Assembly (NCBI GenBank): GCA_965178125.1
Contig: OZ237757.1
Coordinates: 62,001 to 126,000, forward strand
Origin: Bilabrum cf. latius
Lineage: Eukaryota
Length of the DNA: 64,000 nt
Reading direction: 5' to 3'
Within the stretch, counting starts at the first letter, position 1. Every line of letters starts with the position of its first letter. The notes under the pieces are model-generated. The model was not told where the DNA came from. It worked only from the letters and a program-made list of their open reading frames with translations, and did not search any database. This document shows, piece after piece, positions 13,401 to 26,155 of this stretch. A program made the translations under genes and the position numbers.

Positions 13401-14016
13401 CGGCCAGCAGGCAGACGCCCGCTCCCCTGTGCAAGCGGGCGAGCACGTCCCTGGCCCTCGAGGTCGCGAGCTGCTCGGGGGTGATGAACGCAACCATGTA
13501 CCGCCCTCGCTCCGCCGCTTCCCACACATCGCTCGAGGTGTCGCCCGTGAGGGCCGCCGCGGCGATTCCGTTCGCTTCCAGGTGCGTCACCTGGTCCTCG
13601 ATGAGAGCGAGCAGGGGTGAAACCACGACGGAGCATCCGGCCCGCACGTTCGCCACGCGAGTCTAGTTGAGAGCTGATCTATACAAAGGAATAAACTAGT
13701 AGGTGAGGCTCTTCCCGCTGCCTGTCGCGAGCAAGCCAAGGACATCCTTGCCGCTGAGCACTGCTCGCACTATCTCCGGCTGGAAGGGGCGGAAGGAGTC
13801 GAACCCGAAATGGTCCCGAAGCACTTTAGCGGCAATAGCAGGATTCCAAGGAATGTTGTGCCGCATTACTGCCGCTGAGTGCGAAGCCGAACTCGAGGAA
13901 GCCGATGCTAGGCGAAACACTTTGGCCACTGGTTGCTGCTGCTGCGGGCTGCTGACAGTCATTTCGCTCATATTAATGGCGTCACTAAGAGCTAAAAGTT
14001 CTTCATCGGTTGCCAT
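10438..14016 (-). CDS. RecQ/WRN-like DNA helicase (helicase core, RQC, 2 HRDC, C-terminal HTH), ~1192 aa
   Basis: FGFDSFRPFQ, TGSGKSLTY*, VVSPLLALIEDQV, AVDESHCVSQWGHDFR, LTATAT, YHAGL, ATIAFGMGIDK, YYQETGRAGRDG and two HRDC copies. Four ORF-track pieces are joined in one frame by TAG at 13696, 13663, 11923 and 10951; ends TGA 10438. Confidence 0.92.
11291..11352. repeat. 12-bp tandem repeat (GCTCCTACTCCT)n encoding a GVGA linker in RecQ
   Basis: About 4-5 adjacent copies visible directly. Confidence 0.8.
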
Positions 14017-14166
14017 GATTGCGCCAGCCCCTCTACAGGGGCTCAAAATGGGGCTGGACGGCGATTCTGGAGTTCGAGTTTTTGAAACGTTCCTTTTGCA
14101 ATTCGCAATGTTGACCTTGGGTGACAACACTATAGCAGCCCCGCAGATGTCTTTCACCGGAATATC

Positions 14167-16251
14167 ATGAAGTATATTATAGAGCTGGTCCTGCTGGCGG
14201 TTGGAGTTCTATTTGCAGGATTCGATGTGTTGTCGGAGGGCCGACCACTGCACTGGCTTGCACTTGGCATGATCGCCCTGTCTTGCTCGCTGTAAGAGAT
14301 ATGTATGCAGCCAACACTTGTGAATCTAATTTGTGTCATGAAGGCTTGCAACTGTGTCGGTTTCGCCCTGCGCAGAAGGACTGACAGCTAGCTCTTCGCT
14401 TGGATGCCAGGGGTTGCAAGCCTTCTCTTTCACAGCCATGAGCCGGGCAAAAACCTCCTGTGGCCGCACGCGGCTGCGTGGGTGCCTTCAATCGTAATGA
14501 GCGCGTCTACATCTATCTGGACTCGGCATCGGAACGGTGGCTGGCGCCTGTAGACTCAGCCTGTGCTGCACGTGTTTCTCAGCCTCGTCGCCTCCGGCCT
14601 GCTGTCTCTCGCACGGGCGAGCGACTCGATGGGGGTTCCGCGGCTAATCAGGCGGGTCGCAACGCCTGCTTTGCTTGTCGCAGTTAGCGTCCCGCTCCTC
14701 CGCAGCGTTTTGCTATTCGGGAGGGGCACTCATCAGACGGTCGAGCAGCCCCCTCTGCCACCAAGAGATGGCGTGACATCTGCGATGCTGGTTCGGATGG
14801 CCAAGAGGGCTCGGTAGGATGCCCATGCAAGCGCCACTTGGGACCCCGCGCACCTCCTGCTGCTATCCCAAGCGGCCGTGGGGGCCGCGGGCTGCTGGGA
14901 TGTCCTCTCCCAGAGGGTGCGGCTGGCGGCCGACTGGGCCGACTGGAGGGAGGGGGGCTCTGTCCCGGGCGGGCCCACGCCCTACCACCTCGCAGGGAAC
15001 AGCGAGGGGGCTGCGGGAGACGGGGACATGGGCGGGCACGCGGGCCAGGACGAGAGGATGGCGGGTGCGGGCGCGGCCCTGCTGCTCGCCGCGGGGCTGG
15101 CATGCGCGGCTGCTCTCGGGGCTCGATGGGCAGGGGCTGCCAGGCCGCTGGTCGGGTGCATCGCACTGACGAGCGGGCTGCTGGGCGCCGAGGTGCTTTC
15201 CTCCTGGTGGCTCGGGGAGGAGGCCCTGGCTTGGGCCACCAGGGCGCTGCTGTTCCCTCTCGCGCACCAAGGTGCAGCGCACGACAACACATCGCGCAGC
15301 GGTGGTGCAGGTCCGTTATACCCCAATGCAATGCACCCAGTGGACCCGGCTGCCCCGGCCTCCATGCTGCGGTGGCGCAGGCCGGTCCTGTTGGCGGCGT
15401 GGCTGCTGGCGGTGGGGCTGCTGGTGCTGGCGGGGCGGCAGGCCGTGCAGGGCGGCTGCATGGCTCGGATCGTGGCCAGGAAGATCTTCCACGGAGTAGC
15501 CAGCGCGTGCATCGCTGCGGGGTGGTGGTTCGACCGCCCCCTTGCCCAGCTGGCGCTGTCCTCTGCCCTGCTTGCCTGCGCCTTGGCGGAGGCGTGCAGG
15601 TGGACGGGGCTGCTTGGGAGGAGAGCCACAAGGGCGATAGACGCGGCACTGCTGCCCCTTGCAGATGCACGCGATGCGAGCGGGATCATCCTGAGCCACG
15701 TGTACCTGCTGGTGGGCTGCTCCTCCCCTGTGCTGCTGCTCGCTGCTCTGCAGGGGGCCGGGGTGCGCGGGCACGAGCCACAGCTGCAGCTGGAGGGACA
15801 AGCCATGGTGTGGGGCGTGCCTGCCTCGGAGCATAGTTGGGCTCTCGGTGGCTGGAGGGGGTCGCGGGCGTCATTCGTGGCCGCAGCGCAGGAGCTGCTG
15901 CCGATGGCGGGTGTGCTGGCGGTTGGGATAGGGGACGCGGCGGCAGCTGCGGTGGGAAGCACGGTAGGACGACTCAAGCTGCCGTTCGGAGGAGCACCCA
16001 AGACGGTGGAAGGGACGGTAGCATGCGCGGTGAGCGTTGCGCTGTCCTCAGCGGCCTGGCTGTGGCTATCTTGTGTGGGAGCGCCGGGATGGGGAGCGCT
16101 GGGGCTCTGCTCTTTGCTGGGCGTCTGGCTGGCACTGCTCGAGGCCTATTGCACTGGAGTAGACAACATTGGCCTGCCCATCGCGGCTGCGACGCTGTTG
16201 GCAGCAGTTGCTTCGTCGAGTGATCCTGCTGCATCCGGATCTGGATCTTGA
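14167..16251 (+). CDS. DOLK: Dolichol kinase
   Basis: ARKIFH, DARDASGIILSHVYLLVGCSSP, GVLAVGIGDAAAAAVG, KTVEGT, EAYCTGVDNIGLP. ATG 14167, frame-preserving intron 14292-14375 (GTAAGA..CGCAG), TAG at 14389, 14551 and 14815, TGA 16249. Confidence 0.88.
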
Positions 16252-16494
16252 GTAAGGTAACCCGTAAAGTCTTGGAAAGGCTTGGCCGTGGCCGAATTTT
16301 TTTGGGTAGAGGCCTCTAGTATGGAGAAAACTAATAAATGACATTGCTGTAACCATGAACGTAACGTAGATCCACGCGAAGTATGTCTCGACCGTCTTTA
16401 ACCCTGGAAAAACAGCACGGGGGGGGGGGTACACACCCAGGTAGCACAACGGCAAGGCTGCGCGGTCAGGACTTTTAGGCACGGGCGACATTGC

Positions 16495-18615
16495 TCACCA
16501 CAGCTCGAGCAGACTGACGAGATCGTCATACCCGAGGCGGGTGGCGATCTGAAGGGGGGACTCTGGGTTGGCCTGGCTCGCATCCCGGTGGTCTACCCCT
16601 GCCTGCAGCATGGCGCGCACGATTTCGATGCGATTCTTCTTGCACGCCAGCTGCAGGGGCGTCGTGTTGTCGTCTAGCGTACGGGCGGAGACGTCGGCCC
16701 CGAGGTCGAGCAGCGTCCCCACGCAGGCTGTCCGCCCGAGCTTCACGGCGAGGTGCAGGCACGTCTCGCCAGATGGCAGCGCCTCTGCAGTGCTCGACCC
16801 AGCCTCGACCAGCATGCGAGCCAGCTCGGAGTTGCCATACTCCGCCGCCAGCAGCATGGCTGTGTAGGAGCGCTGCCCCACACATGTTACGTCAGCGCCC
16901 GTGCTCAGCAGGCGCTGCACGATGCCAACATGCTGCTTCCACACCGCCTGCGTCAGCGCAGTCTCCCCGTTCGTGTTGGCCAGGTTCACTGCCTCCGGGG
17001 CAATGTCGAGCAACGTAGCAACGATGTCCTCGTGGCCGTGTCTAGAGGCCCAGAAGAGCGCCGTCTCGCCGTGCTTGTTCGGTACGGCCGCGTTGCCCAC
17101 GTGAAGCTCCAGCAATGCTTGCACGCACTCAGTCCGCCCATTTTTCGCAGCCAAGAGGATAGGTGTGTTACCCGACGGCAGCGTCTCCTCAGGATCTGCT
17201 CCCGCAGCCATCAGCATGCGAACCAGCTCGGAGTGGCCGTGCTCCGCCGCCAGCAGCAGCGCCGTGTACTCGTTCTCCCCGCGAGCCGTCAGCTGCGCGC
17301 CAGCGTCCAGCAGCCGCCGCGCGATGCCAACATGCTGCTTCCACACCGACTGGGTCAGCGCAGTCTCCCCGTTCGTGTTGGCCAGGTTCACTGCCTCCGG
17401 AGCAGCCTCGAGCAAGGCCGCTGCGATGTCCTCGTGGCCGTGTCTAGAGGCCCAGAAGAGCGCCGTCTCGCCGTGCTTGTTCGGCACTGCCACTTGCTCT
17501 TTTCCTCGCTGGATCAGCGCCTCCACGCATTGGTCGTGGCCGTGCTTGGCAGCCAAGAGGATAGGTGTGTTGCCCGACGGCAACACCTCAGCAGTGCTTG
17601 CACCTGCATTCAGCAGCAGCTGCATGATGTAAAAGTAGCCCTCCTTGGCCGCATGCAGCAGGGGCGTGCACGCGCTCGGGTCGGGGGTAGTCGCGTTGGC
17701 ACCGGCACCCAGCAGCCGCCGCACGATGCCAACGTGTTTTCCGGCCACCGCCTTGCTGAGAGGCAGGTCGCCGTCGTTGGTCGCCAGGTTGGCAGCATCG
17801 GGGCATGCCTCGAGCAGCGCGCCCACCATCTGCTCGTGGCCCCCCTTGCACGCCCAGAAGAGAGCGGTCTCGCCTTGCTTGTTCGGTATCCCACAGGTCT
17901 TAGGGGCTTCCTTCGCTAGAAGTTGCAAACACTCCACTCGACCACACTTGGCGGCCTGGATCACGGGTGTGTTACCCGACGGCAGTGTCTCCTCAGTGTC
18001 TGCTCCCGCAGCCATCAGCATGCTAGCCAGCTCGGTGTGACCGTACTCCGCCGCCAGCAGCAGCGCCGTGTACTCGTTCTCTCCGCGAGCCGTCAGCTGG
18101 GCGCCAGCGTCCAGCAGCCGCCGCACGATGCCCTCATGCTTCTTCCACACCGACTGGGTCAGCGCCGTCTCCCCGTTCGTGTTGGCCAGGTTCACTGCCT
18201 CCGGAGCAGCCTCGAGCAAGGCCGCTGCGATGTCCTCGTGGCCGTGTCTAGAGGCCCAGAAGAGAGCCGTCTCGCCGTGCTTGTTCGGTATCGCGGGACC
18301 GGCCCCGCTATCGCGGAGAGCCTGGACACACTCCGCGTGGCCAAATTTGGCAGCGAGCAGCAGAGGCGTGTTGCCTTGCTGGCTCGGAGAGTCGACGGCA
18401 TCAAACCGTTCTAATATATATCTCAAAAACTCAACTCTGCCTAGGACGGCAGCCACGTGGACAACCATAAGGTCCTATCCAATCTGCGATCCGTCTTCGC
18501 GAGCAACAACGCCATGAACAGCATCAAGGGAGCCTCCATCGCTATGCGCGGCAACAAATTTATTAAATGAGCCTTCGACAACCGCTGCCATCATCGCAAT
18601 ATCTGCCGCCGCCAT
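16495..18615 (-). CDS. Ankyrin-repeat protein, ~706 aa
   Basis: Many G(N/E)T(P/A)L..AA..GH repeats; N-terminus joined by TAG 18475; ends TGA 16495. Confidence 0.9.
16780..18380. repeat. 402-bp (4-ankyrin, 134-aa) intragenic super-repeat, ~4 copies
   Basis: Marker TCTAGAGGCCCAGAAGAG at 17041, 17443 and 18247 (spacing 402 and 804), with a diverged copy near 17845. Confidence 0.85.
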
Positions 18616-18820
18616 AATGCCTCGATTTTGTTGAGTGGGCACTCTCATTGGATATTCTCGGCTGTCGGGCGAGAAATACGCATTTTGAAACGTGACATTT
18701 ATCCGATGACCGACCGTCGTCACTGAAGGGCCCTCTTTGAAGCTGGGGCATTCACGGAGAGGAGGGTACTCTATCAGACTATCTCTAAGTATCTGAAATA
18801 TAAAGGTCTCGTTGTTCGTC

Positions 18821-21800
18821 TCAGAACATGGTCAGAATATCCCGCAGCAGCTCCTCGTCCTCCTTCTTCACGAACCGCCCCCTCACCCTGAGCCTCCGGT
18901 CCGCAAAGCTCTTCCTCACCCCGTACTTAATCTTGTGGTCCCACACGCGGCGAGAGCGCCTCTGCAAGAATATCTCCACGCGCTTGGCCCTGTCCTCAGG
19001 CGAGTAAAACCCCACGTACCCCGCGGGCCTCTCCCCTGGCGGCAGCTCCCTGGGCATGGGCACCGCCCGCTTGGCCTTTTTGCCCTTGCCCTTGCCTTCG
19101 CTCTCCTCGTCCTCCTCCTCTTCCTCCAGCGCATTCAGGTCGTCAACGAATGCTCCTACCGGTGGAAGCGGAGGACCCCTCGCTCGAGACCTGCCGCCGT
19201 TCGAGGACGAAGAAGAAGAAGAGCCACTCGACGAGCCCCCCTTGCCCCTGCCTTTGCCCTTGCCCTTTGCCTTGCCCTTGCTTCCTGCAGACGGTGACTG
19301 CCGCCGCCGCTTGGTGGGGGGCTAGCCGCTGTGCGATGCCTGTCCCCAAGTCGATGATGCCGATGCAGACGAGGACCGCTTGCCTCCCGCCCTGCCCTTG
19401 GACTTGGACCTGCCCTTCTGACCACTCTTGCCACCCACCCCCCCCGTGCCAGCGCCCGCGCCCCTGCCCCTAGAGGGGGAGGGGACGTCGGCAGCAGGAT
19501 CCTCATCGTCGTCACCATACCCATCATACCCATCGTACACGTCACCGCCGTCTTCGTCATCGTATATCACCCGCTGAGCAGCAGCAGCGGCTGCAGCTGC
19601 AGCCGCTGCTGCGTGCAGCGACCGGCCCCCCGGTCTCCTGCGCTTGCTGCCTGCAAGTGGAATGCCGCCTGGCGGTGGCTGTCTGCCTGCACCTCCCTTC
19701 CCCTTCCCCTTGCCGGACTTGCCCTTGCCCTTGCTCTTGTCTTTGCCCTTGCCCCCGGCTCCACCCGGTGCCAGTCGATCTGGCTGCGCCTTGGACCGCG
19801 AGGACCTCCTCCTGCCATCATCCAAATGACCCTGACCCTGACCCTGACCCTGACCCTGACCCTGACCGCCCACCCCGTGCAGCATGCCCCGCACACTCGC
19901 ACCGCCAGTGTCCTCGTCCCCGTCCACGCTCGTGGCGCGGCGCCTCCGCCTCGGCTGGAAGCCCCCGCCCACACCCTCGTCCTCGTCGTCCCCTGCCAGA
20001 GCGATGCTGCCGAGCCTGTCCCTGCCCCTGCCCCCCCTGGATCCGAGGCCCTCGAGACCCTCCTGGAAGGAGCCCACAGAGTCGTGCCTGCCCCTCGACG
20101 ACAGGCCAGCACCGCCCACCCGCCCGTGGCCCCTGCCGGCGTCCTCCAGCGCCCCGAGGCTCATGCCGGTCATGGCTCGCTCCCGACGGCCCCTCGAGGA
20201 GCCACCCCCGCGGCTCCCCGAATCGTCCCTCGAATGCGACCTAGACCTCGAGTCGTCACCGTCACCAACGGAGCTATCGTCGCCGGCCAGTTGCGTGGCT
20301 GCCGCTGCCTGGGCCGCAGCTGCGGCAGCCGCCTAAACGTCGGCCGAGATGGACTGCGCCCTCCCACGACCGTCCCACCGCTCCATCCCCAACGCACTCG
20401 TCAGCGCGCCGCTGCCCAGCCCGTGGCCCTGACCCAGTCCCAGCGAGGCCAGCCCGCCCCCCATCCCCATGCCCATCCCCATCCCCATCCCCATCGACCG
20501 GTCCAGGCCCGTCATCCCGGCTCCCACCATCCGGAAGTTCCCTGCGTCATCCATCTCCACGCGCATCGGACCCATCCCTGTCGCATCACCATCACCAACG
20601 CCAGCACCCGCGCCCCCGCTGCTGCCATCCTCCGAGGCCACGGGACTGCCCCCCGCGCTTGAGCTCCCAAGCCCCGCATGGCTCGCGTCAATCTCCATAC
20701 CGCTCCCAGTGCCAGCCCTAGGCCGCCCCCCCGCGCTCTGCTGCCCGGGCCCAAGGTCCTGCCACCCGGACCGCTGCATGAATCTGTGCATGCTGTCCTC
20801 GCCACTGCTCGCGCTCCCGCTGCGCCTCCGCCTCCTGCTTCGCCCGCCCTGCTGCGAGTGTCCCGCTACTTCGGGCCCCCCGCGAGATGACGCATCTCCG
20901 CCCGCTCCCCTGCCCCCACCGATACCAGAGCCGATCGAATGACCACCCACGGAACCATCATCGGGCCCGCCTCCATCAGAGAGCGCGTCCAGACCCACGA
21001 TCGCATCTCGTTCCAGCTGCTTGAGCACATCCGCTTTCACCTGGGATTCGGTCCGGCCCCGGCGGCCGCCTCTCTCCCCAGTGGCCGCAGACTAGGACCC
21101 TCCCAGCACCAGCGCCTCCATCTCGGCCCTGCCCCCGCGCCCGGGACCGTCCACGCTCTCTGCACCCGACATGACCGACGCCCCACCCGCCCCATGGACC
21201 CCCCCGTGCCCCCCGTCTCGGCCCCCCTCGTCAGCGCCGAGGGATGCACGCAGGGAGGGAGACAGGTGCGCCCCACCGCCACCTCCCCCCAACGCGTCCA
21301 CCAGCCCGCTCAGTGGTGGGGAGGGGTGCGGGCCTTCATGCCCCCCTCCCCTGTCCGCTCCATTACCCCTCGCCCCCGCCCCCGCCCCCGCCCCCTCTCG
21401 CCGAGCCAGCCCCAGCCCCGCCTCAAGCAGATCCGCCATGCTGCCCGACCTATCCCTGCCCTTGCCCTTGCCCTTGCCATTGCCCGCACCTGACACTCCC
21501 GCCGAGGACGATGACAAGGCGGCAGCCGCACCTTTTCCCGTCCGACCCCCGGGGAGGTCCCTCAGAGAACCCGATAGCGAACCTTCGCTCTGGCTCGGCT
21601 ACTGAGATCCCTTCCCGCTGCCTGAAGCAGCTCCCACGGACCCAGACCCAGACCGGGACCGCCTCCGTCCGCTGCGGCGAGTGCCCGGCGCGTGCCCGCT
21701 CCCATGCGACTTGCCCGCCTGCTGCATGGCCGGGACGTCCCCTTGCAGGCGGGCAGCCACGGTGGCAGCCGCGTACTGATACAGGGCCTCTGAATCGCTC

Positions 21801-23344
21801 CGGGGGCGGCCTGTCCGGCTCCCGTCCCCTCCTGCTCCATCTCCCTTGGCCTGCTGCTCGGTGCGAGCTGTGCCCCGACTCGAGTCGCCCGCTCGATTGC
21901 CCCGCCGCGAGGAGGAGGAAGACGAGGAGGACACCGGGGCGTGCGCGTGGCTGGACGCACCTGCACCACTCGTGGATGCACTGTGACCAGAGGAAGCTCC
22001 TGACACAACCGAGGCCCCTGCCGCGGAGAGAGCAGAGGGTGACGCTTGCGGGGCAGGACCCGTCCCTCCAGCAGAAGACCCTGCGCCTGCCGATGAGGAA
22101 TCCGTCTGCAGAGGTGGCCTGGACCGCGCCCCGCCCCTGCGGCCCCCGCCACCACCACCTCCTCCTCCGATGGACCGGCGGAGCCCCGCCCCCACGCCCA
22201 CGGGCCGCAGCAGACCCAGACCCGCGCTCAGGTCGCTCCCCGTGGACGATGCCCCCAGGCTGGGCCTGCCCTCCCCCTCGCCAGCCTCACTGCTCCCATC
22301 CCCGCCATCTGCGGCTGCGCGCCTCCCACCCTCATTCCCGCCGTCCTCGTCCTCGTCCTCGTCCTGCACCGCCAGCGCCGCAGCGCTCTCCCACGGGGCC
22401 CTGTCCTTGCCCCCCGAGTCCCCGGCCAGGTGCAGCAGCGCCACCGCCTCGTGGGGCCCCTGAGCCTGCGCGTGCACCCCCTTTCCGCCCTAGCTATGCG
22501 CCTACCCACCCACCCCTCGCTGGGCCCCTGCGCCCGATCCCTCCCTACCGCGGCCCCTCCCTCGCGGGGAGGAAGCTGCAGTCGAGGTCGGCGAGCCCAG
22601 CGGGGAGTGGGCCCTCTGCTCCGTGCCGGGGCCTGACCCTGGGCCCTGGTCGCTGCCCGCTGAGAGCATGCTGGGGCCGGCACCGCCATGCGATGCACCG
22701 GACTCTTGGCCCGCGCCGCCCACGCTGCCCGCAGCACTGAATAGCCTGGACCGACTGCTTGTTCCCTGGCTCCCCTCCCCCTGTCCCTGCCCTCCAGAGG
22801 TCCCCACGCTGTGCCCGCCCTCGGACCCAGACCGGCTGCGCCCCGCGGCCCGTCCGCTCCCGCTCCGGTGTGCCCTGCTCCCGCCCGCAGTGCCACCCTC
22901 GCTGTCCTTGTGCCCTGAACCCGGCAATGAGGGCCCCCTACTTGCGCTCCCGTGAGTATCGCTGGCCTCCTCCGGCGGCTGCATCGCGTGCGCGAGGTGC
23001 CCCGAGAGACCTCCCATGCCCATGCCCATCAGCAGGGGACCGCCTCCTCCCGAGCCCATGCCGCTCCCAGAGGAACCCGCAGCGGTCATGTCAGAGATAC
23101 CAAGCCCGCCGAGCGGATCAGACCCACCCATCCCCACGCCCATACTGCCCATGCCCATGCCCATTCCGCCCCCGACGAAGAGGCCCAGGCTGTCTGACCT
23201 GGACCTGCCGCTGGGGCCTACTCGCTCTGCATCTGCGGCCGCCTGGTCGTCTAAAGTGTCAAGACCTGCTGCAAGGAGCTCAACAGAGCCAGAACGCTCT
23301 CTGCCTGCGCGCCTTCGGCCAGAGGGCATGGCTCCAGGGCCCAT
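18821..23344 (-). CDS. CCT-domain protein with long low-complexity N-terminus, ~1500 aa (alternative ATG 23407)
   Basis: C-terminal CCT motif YSPEDRAKRVEIFLQRRSRRVWDHKIKYGVRKSFADRRLRVRGRFVKKEDE. Six ORF-track pieces share one frame, separated only by TAG (22502, 22490, 21599, 21092, 20333, 19322); ends TGA 18821. Confidence 0.82.
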
Positions 23345-23931
23345 CTCGGCATCTTGCGGTTGGCCTGCGAGCACGAAGGGCCAGGAAATGCAGGATGCAG
23401 CAAACATTCGACGCCTTCAGCAGCAAGATATATCTAGTTCGCAATAAATGCAAGCAGGTCCAGTTAGTACGCTCTCAATCAGATAGATTTGCCGGGGCAG
23501 TGGGAAGCCGAATGACCCATTCGAAGCACTGGGCGCTCGTCGCTCATCTCCGGCAGGGATTCTTCCGGCACGAGAGCCGAGCGCTGGTAATGTTAAGGCA
23601 CAAGCTATACGCCCGCGATGGGCTCTCAAGATCGAACACCGCAGCGAAAAAGAAACGTTCCTTCGTCGAGGAGCAGTGGAGTTGCAAGGTGCAGCTGCGT
23701 GTTCAGGGGCTCACCATCCTAATCCATGCCAATCCTATTGCAACCAACCAACTTATATCCTCAATAAGCTGAACTTAAACTCTTTGGTGGATTTACTAGA
23801 GTGCTACGAGCCGTGAATTGATTCTCCCACCAAACGGCCTGGGGGATGTGACGAGTGGGTGCGGACAGCTGTCTTTGTGCGTTGCCAGCCCTATATCTAA
23901 GGCTGCAGATTGACATTTGGTCCATTACCCT

Positions 23932-26155
23932 ATGCAAGAGGCAGAAGATAAGATCCAGCAGGTCGTGTCTGGCCTGTACACGCAGGGACCAGAGGCATAG
24001 GAATTTTTCCAGCAGTGTAGGCGAGATGCGGCTGCGGCGTCCAAGTCGGCAGAGATCCAGGATCGCAAGCGGTACAACGTAATGCACATGCTAGGGCTAT
24101 CGAAGTATGATGACGAAGAAGAAGAGCCGCAGGAAACACGAACCGACTTCAAGTAGCTTGGCTTGGAGGCGATATCCGAGCTTTTGGGCAGAAAGTGTAT
24201 CCGGCCTCGCTCGCGAGTGACCGTCATGGTTCTGGGATCTGTTTCTGCCGGAAAGTCTTCATTCATTAACTGGTATTGCGGGAGATAGCTTCTGGAGAGC
24301 GGGGAGGCCATCAAGACCCTCCGGCTCACCGTGGTGGCGGCCGGCGATCGGGAGGCTCTCCTCACGAGCCAGTCCACCCTGCGCAACTACGCACCCCACA
24401 TCTTGCACGCCATCGTGAGTGGATCCGTTACATGCACTTACGTGTGCGAACTATACTGGCGGGGCTCCTCGCCGGCAAGCAACTCGCACGGCTCCCCATG
24501 CCAACCCTCACCCTCGCCAGGCCCCCTGCCGTGCCATGCCACGTCACCCCAACCCCCACACACCCCTGCCGCGCCCATCCCCGCAGGAGGGCAGCTCCCG
24601 CCCGCGACCAGCGGCCCTCTTCCAGCCAGCTCCCGGTGCCGGGGGCCGCAGCACCATGCTGGAGCAGCTGGTGGGCGACGGCAACCTGCAGGTGCAGACC
24701 TTCCGGATCCTGGGGGGGCAGGAATCGAGGGCAGGTTCCGTTGACCTGGTGGACACTTTGGGTCTGGACAAGGGGCTCGAGTACCCCTTCGAGGTGGACG
24801 AGGCACTGATGAGCGTGGCCTCCGCCTGCGACCTGATCCTGGTCTTCAGGGACTCGGCGGACAGGTCGCCCAACACGAGGACTGCCGAGATCGTGCAGCG
24901 GCTGAACGAGCGGAAGATCTCCACTCTGCGGATGGCGTACGTCCTGTCGAGGGCAGACGGGGCGGCCAGTGACGGAGACCTCAGCGACATCCACGCGCAG
25001 GCCACGACCTCTCTATCCCCCGCGGTGAGGGACAAGCACGGCCTCAGGGTCATCCCCATCTGGCTGCCGGCAGCCGACAGAGCCCTCCTCGAGCGGGACG
25101 GGGCGCTCCCCGACCACATGGTCAGGTGGACAGAGGCGCAGCAGCAGGCGCCCTCCACCGCGGCGCAGGCCAGGGGCGGCGGTGGCGTGCAGGCGCGCAG
25201 GGGGGGGGCGCAGGCTTCCCCCCGGGGCGGAGGGTCCTCCCGGCAGCAGGCCCAGCAGGACCGGGAGGAGGACGAAGACCTCGCCCGCATCCGCAGCGAG
25301 TACGCGCAGACGGACCTGCCTGCGCCCCCTGCCTCGCTGCTCAAGGACCTGGACGTGCAGCCATCCCGCGTGTCCCCCTCCAACAACAGGCTTGGTGAGC
25401 TGCTGCAGCTGATCCGCGGGGCCGTGTCCCGCAAGGTGCAGGAGAACATGGAGGTGCTCATCAGGGATGCATCGCAGTGCGGCGAGCTGGCAGAGGCGCG
25501 GCTGAAGTCGCACGATAAGGCCAAGCAGAGGAGAGCGGAGCTGCAGGGGCAGGCGGGCACGTTCGGGCTGGTGATCGCGCTGCTGCTGCTTGCTGTTGTT
25601 GTGGAGCTTGTGGGGCGGCAGCAGGCTTCCCTGCTGGCTTGGATCGGGGGCGAGGGCGAGGGCGAGGACGGCGAGGGGGACTTGCTGGCGGGGATGGCGC
25701 GCGCCGCGGTGCAGGGAACAGGGGCTCTGACCGGTGCCGTGGGCAGTGCCATGGGTGTGATCGGGCTGACCTCGTTGCAGGGCACTGCGGGGCGGGTGCT
25801 GCTGCTGCTGGTGCTGGCGCTCGTGCTGGCGGGACTCATTTACCTCTGGAATTGGCGGGCTGGGCGCTGCGAGGTAATGTCAGATGAGGTGTGGATGGCG
25901 ACGCATGACGCCTGGAGGCAGTGCCAGCGCCTGGTGGTCAGGGGTAACGAGCTGACCAAGCAGTACACGAGGAACGTAGCGGGGCACGCGCAGTCGGATA
26001 GGATCGGGAAGGACGTGCCGTGGGCGGACGAGGAAGAGGAAGAGGAAGAGGAGAACGGCACCAGAAGGTAGGAAGAGGGGGGTGCAGCGGAGGGGCTGAG
26101 GCAGAGGGCTTTGGCAGGGGGCAAGGGACAGCAGGATGGCGGGGAGGACCAGTAA
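23932..26155 (+). CDS. P-loop GTPase (EHD/dynamin-related GxxSAGKSSFINWY family) with two C-terminal TM helices
   Basis: VMVLGSVSAGKSSFINWY, DLVDTLGL, YPFEVDEAL, DLILVF. ATG 23932, intron 24415-24586, TAG at 23998, 24154, 24286 and 26069; ends TAA 26153-26155. Confidence 0.75.

Noticed and set aside
13696-13698. TAG as Trp via A-to-I editing, as pyrrolysine, or as Leu/Tyr/Glu
   Set aside because: The diagnostic positions (RecQ YQ, ankyrin ACQNGH, the TAG/CAA duplication) indicate Gln. U-to-C editing at every site cannot be excluded without RNA data but is less parsimonious.
14293-14295. In-frame TAA near the 5' end of dolichol kinase, suggesting UAA is also Gln
   Set aside because: It is part of a GTAAGA donor; removing the 84-nt intron 14292-14375 (..CGCAG) keeps the frame.
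16280-16325. Sm-site-like AATTTTTTTGG followed by palindrome TAGAGGCCTCTA (possible snRNA)
   Set aside because: No U1/U2/U4/U5 signature is visible upstream, and it sits in the convergent 3' UTR gap. An Infernal/Rfam scan would settle it.
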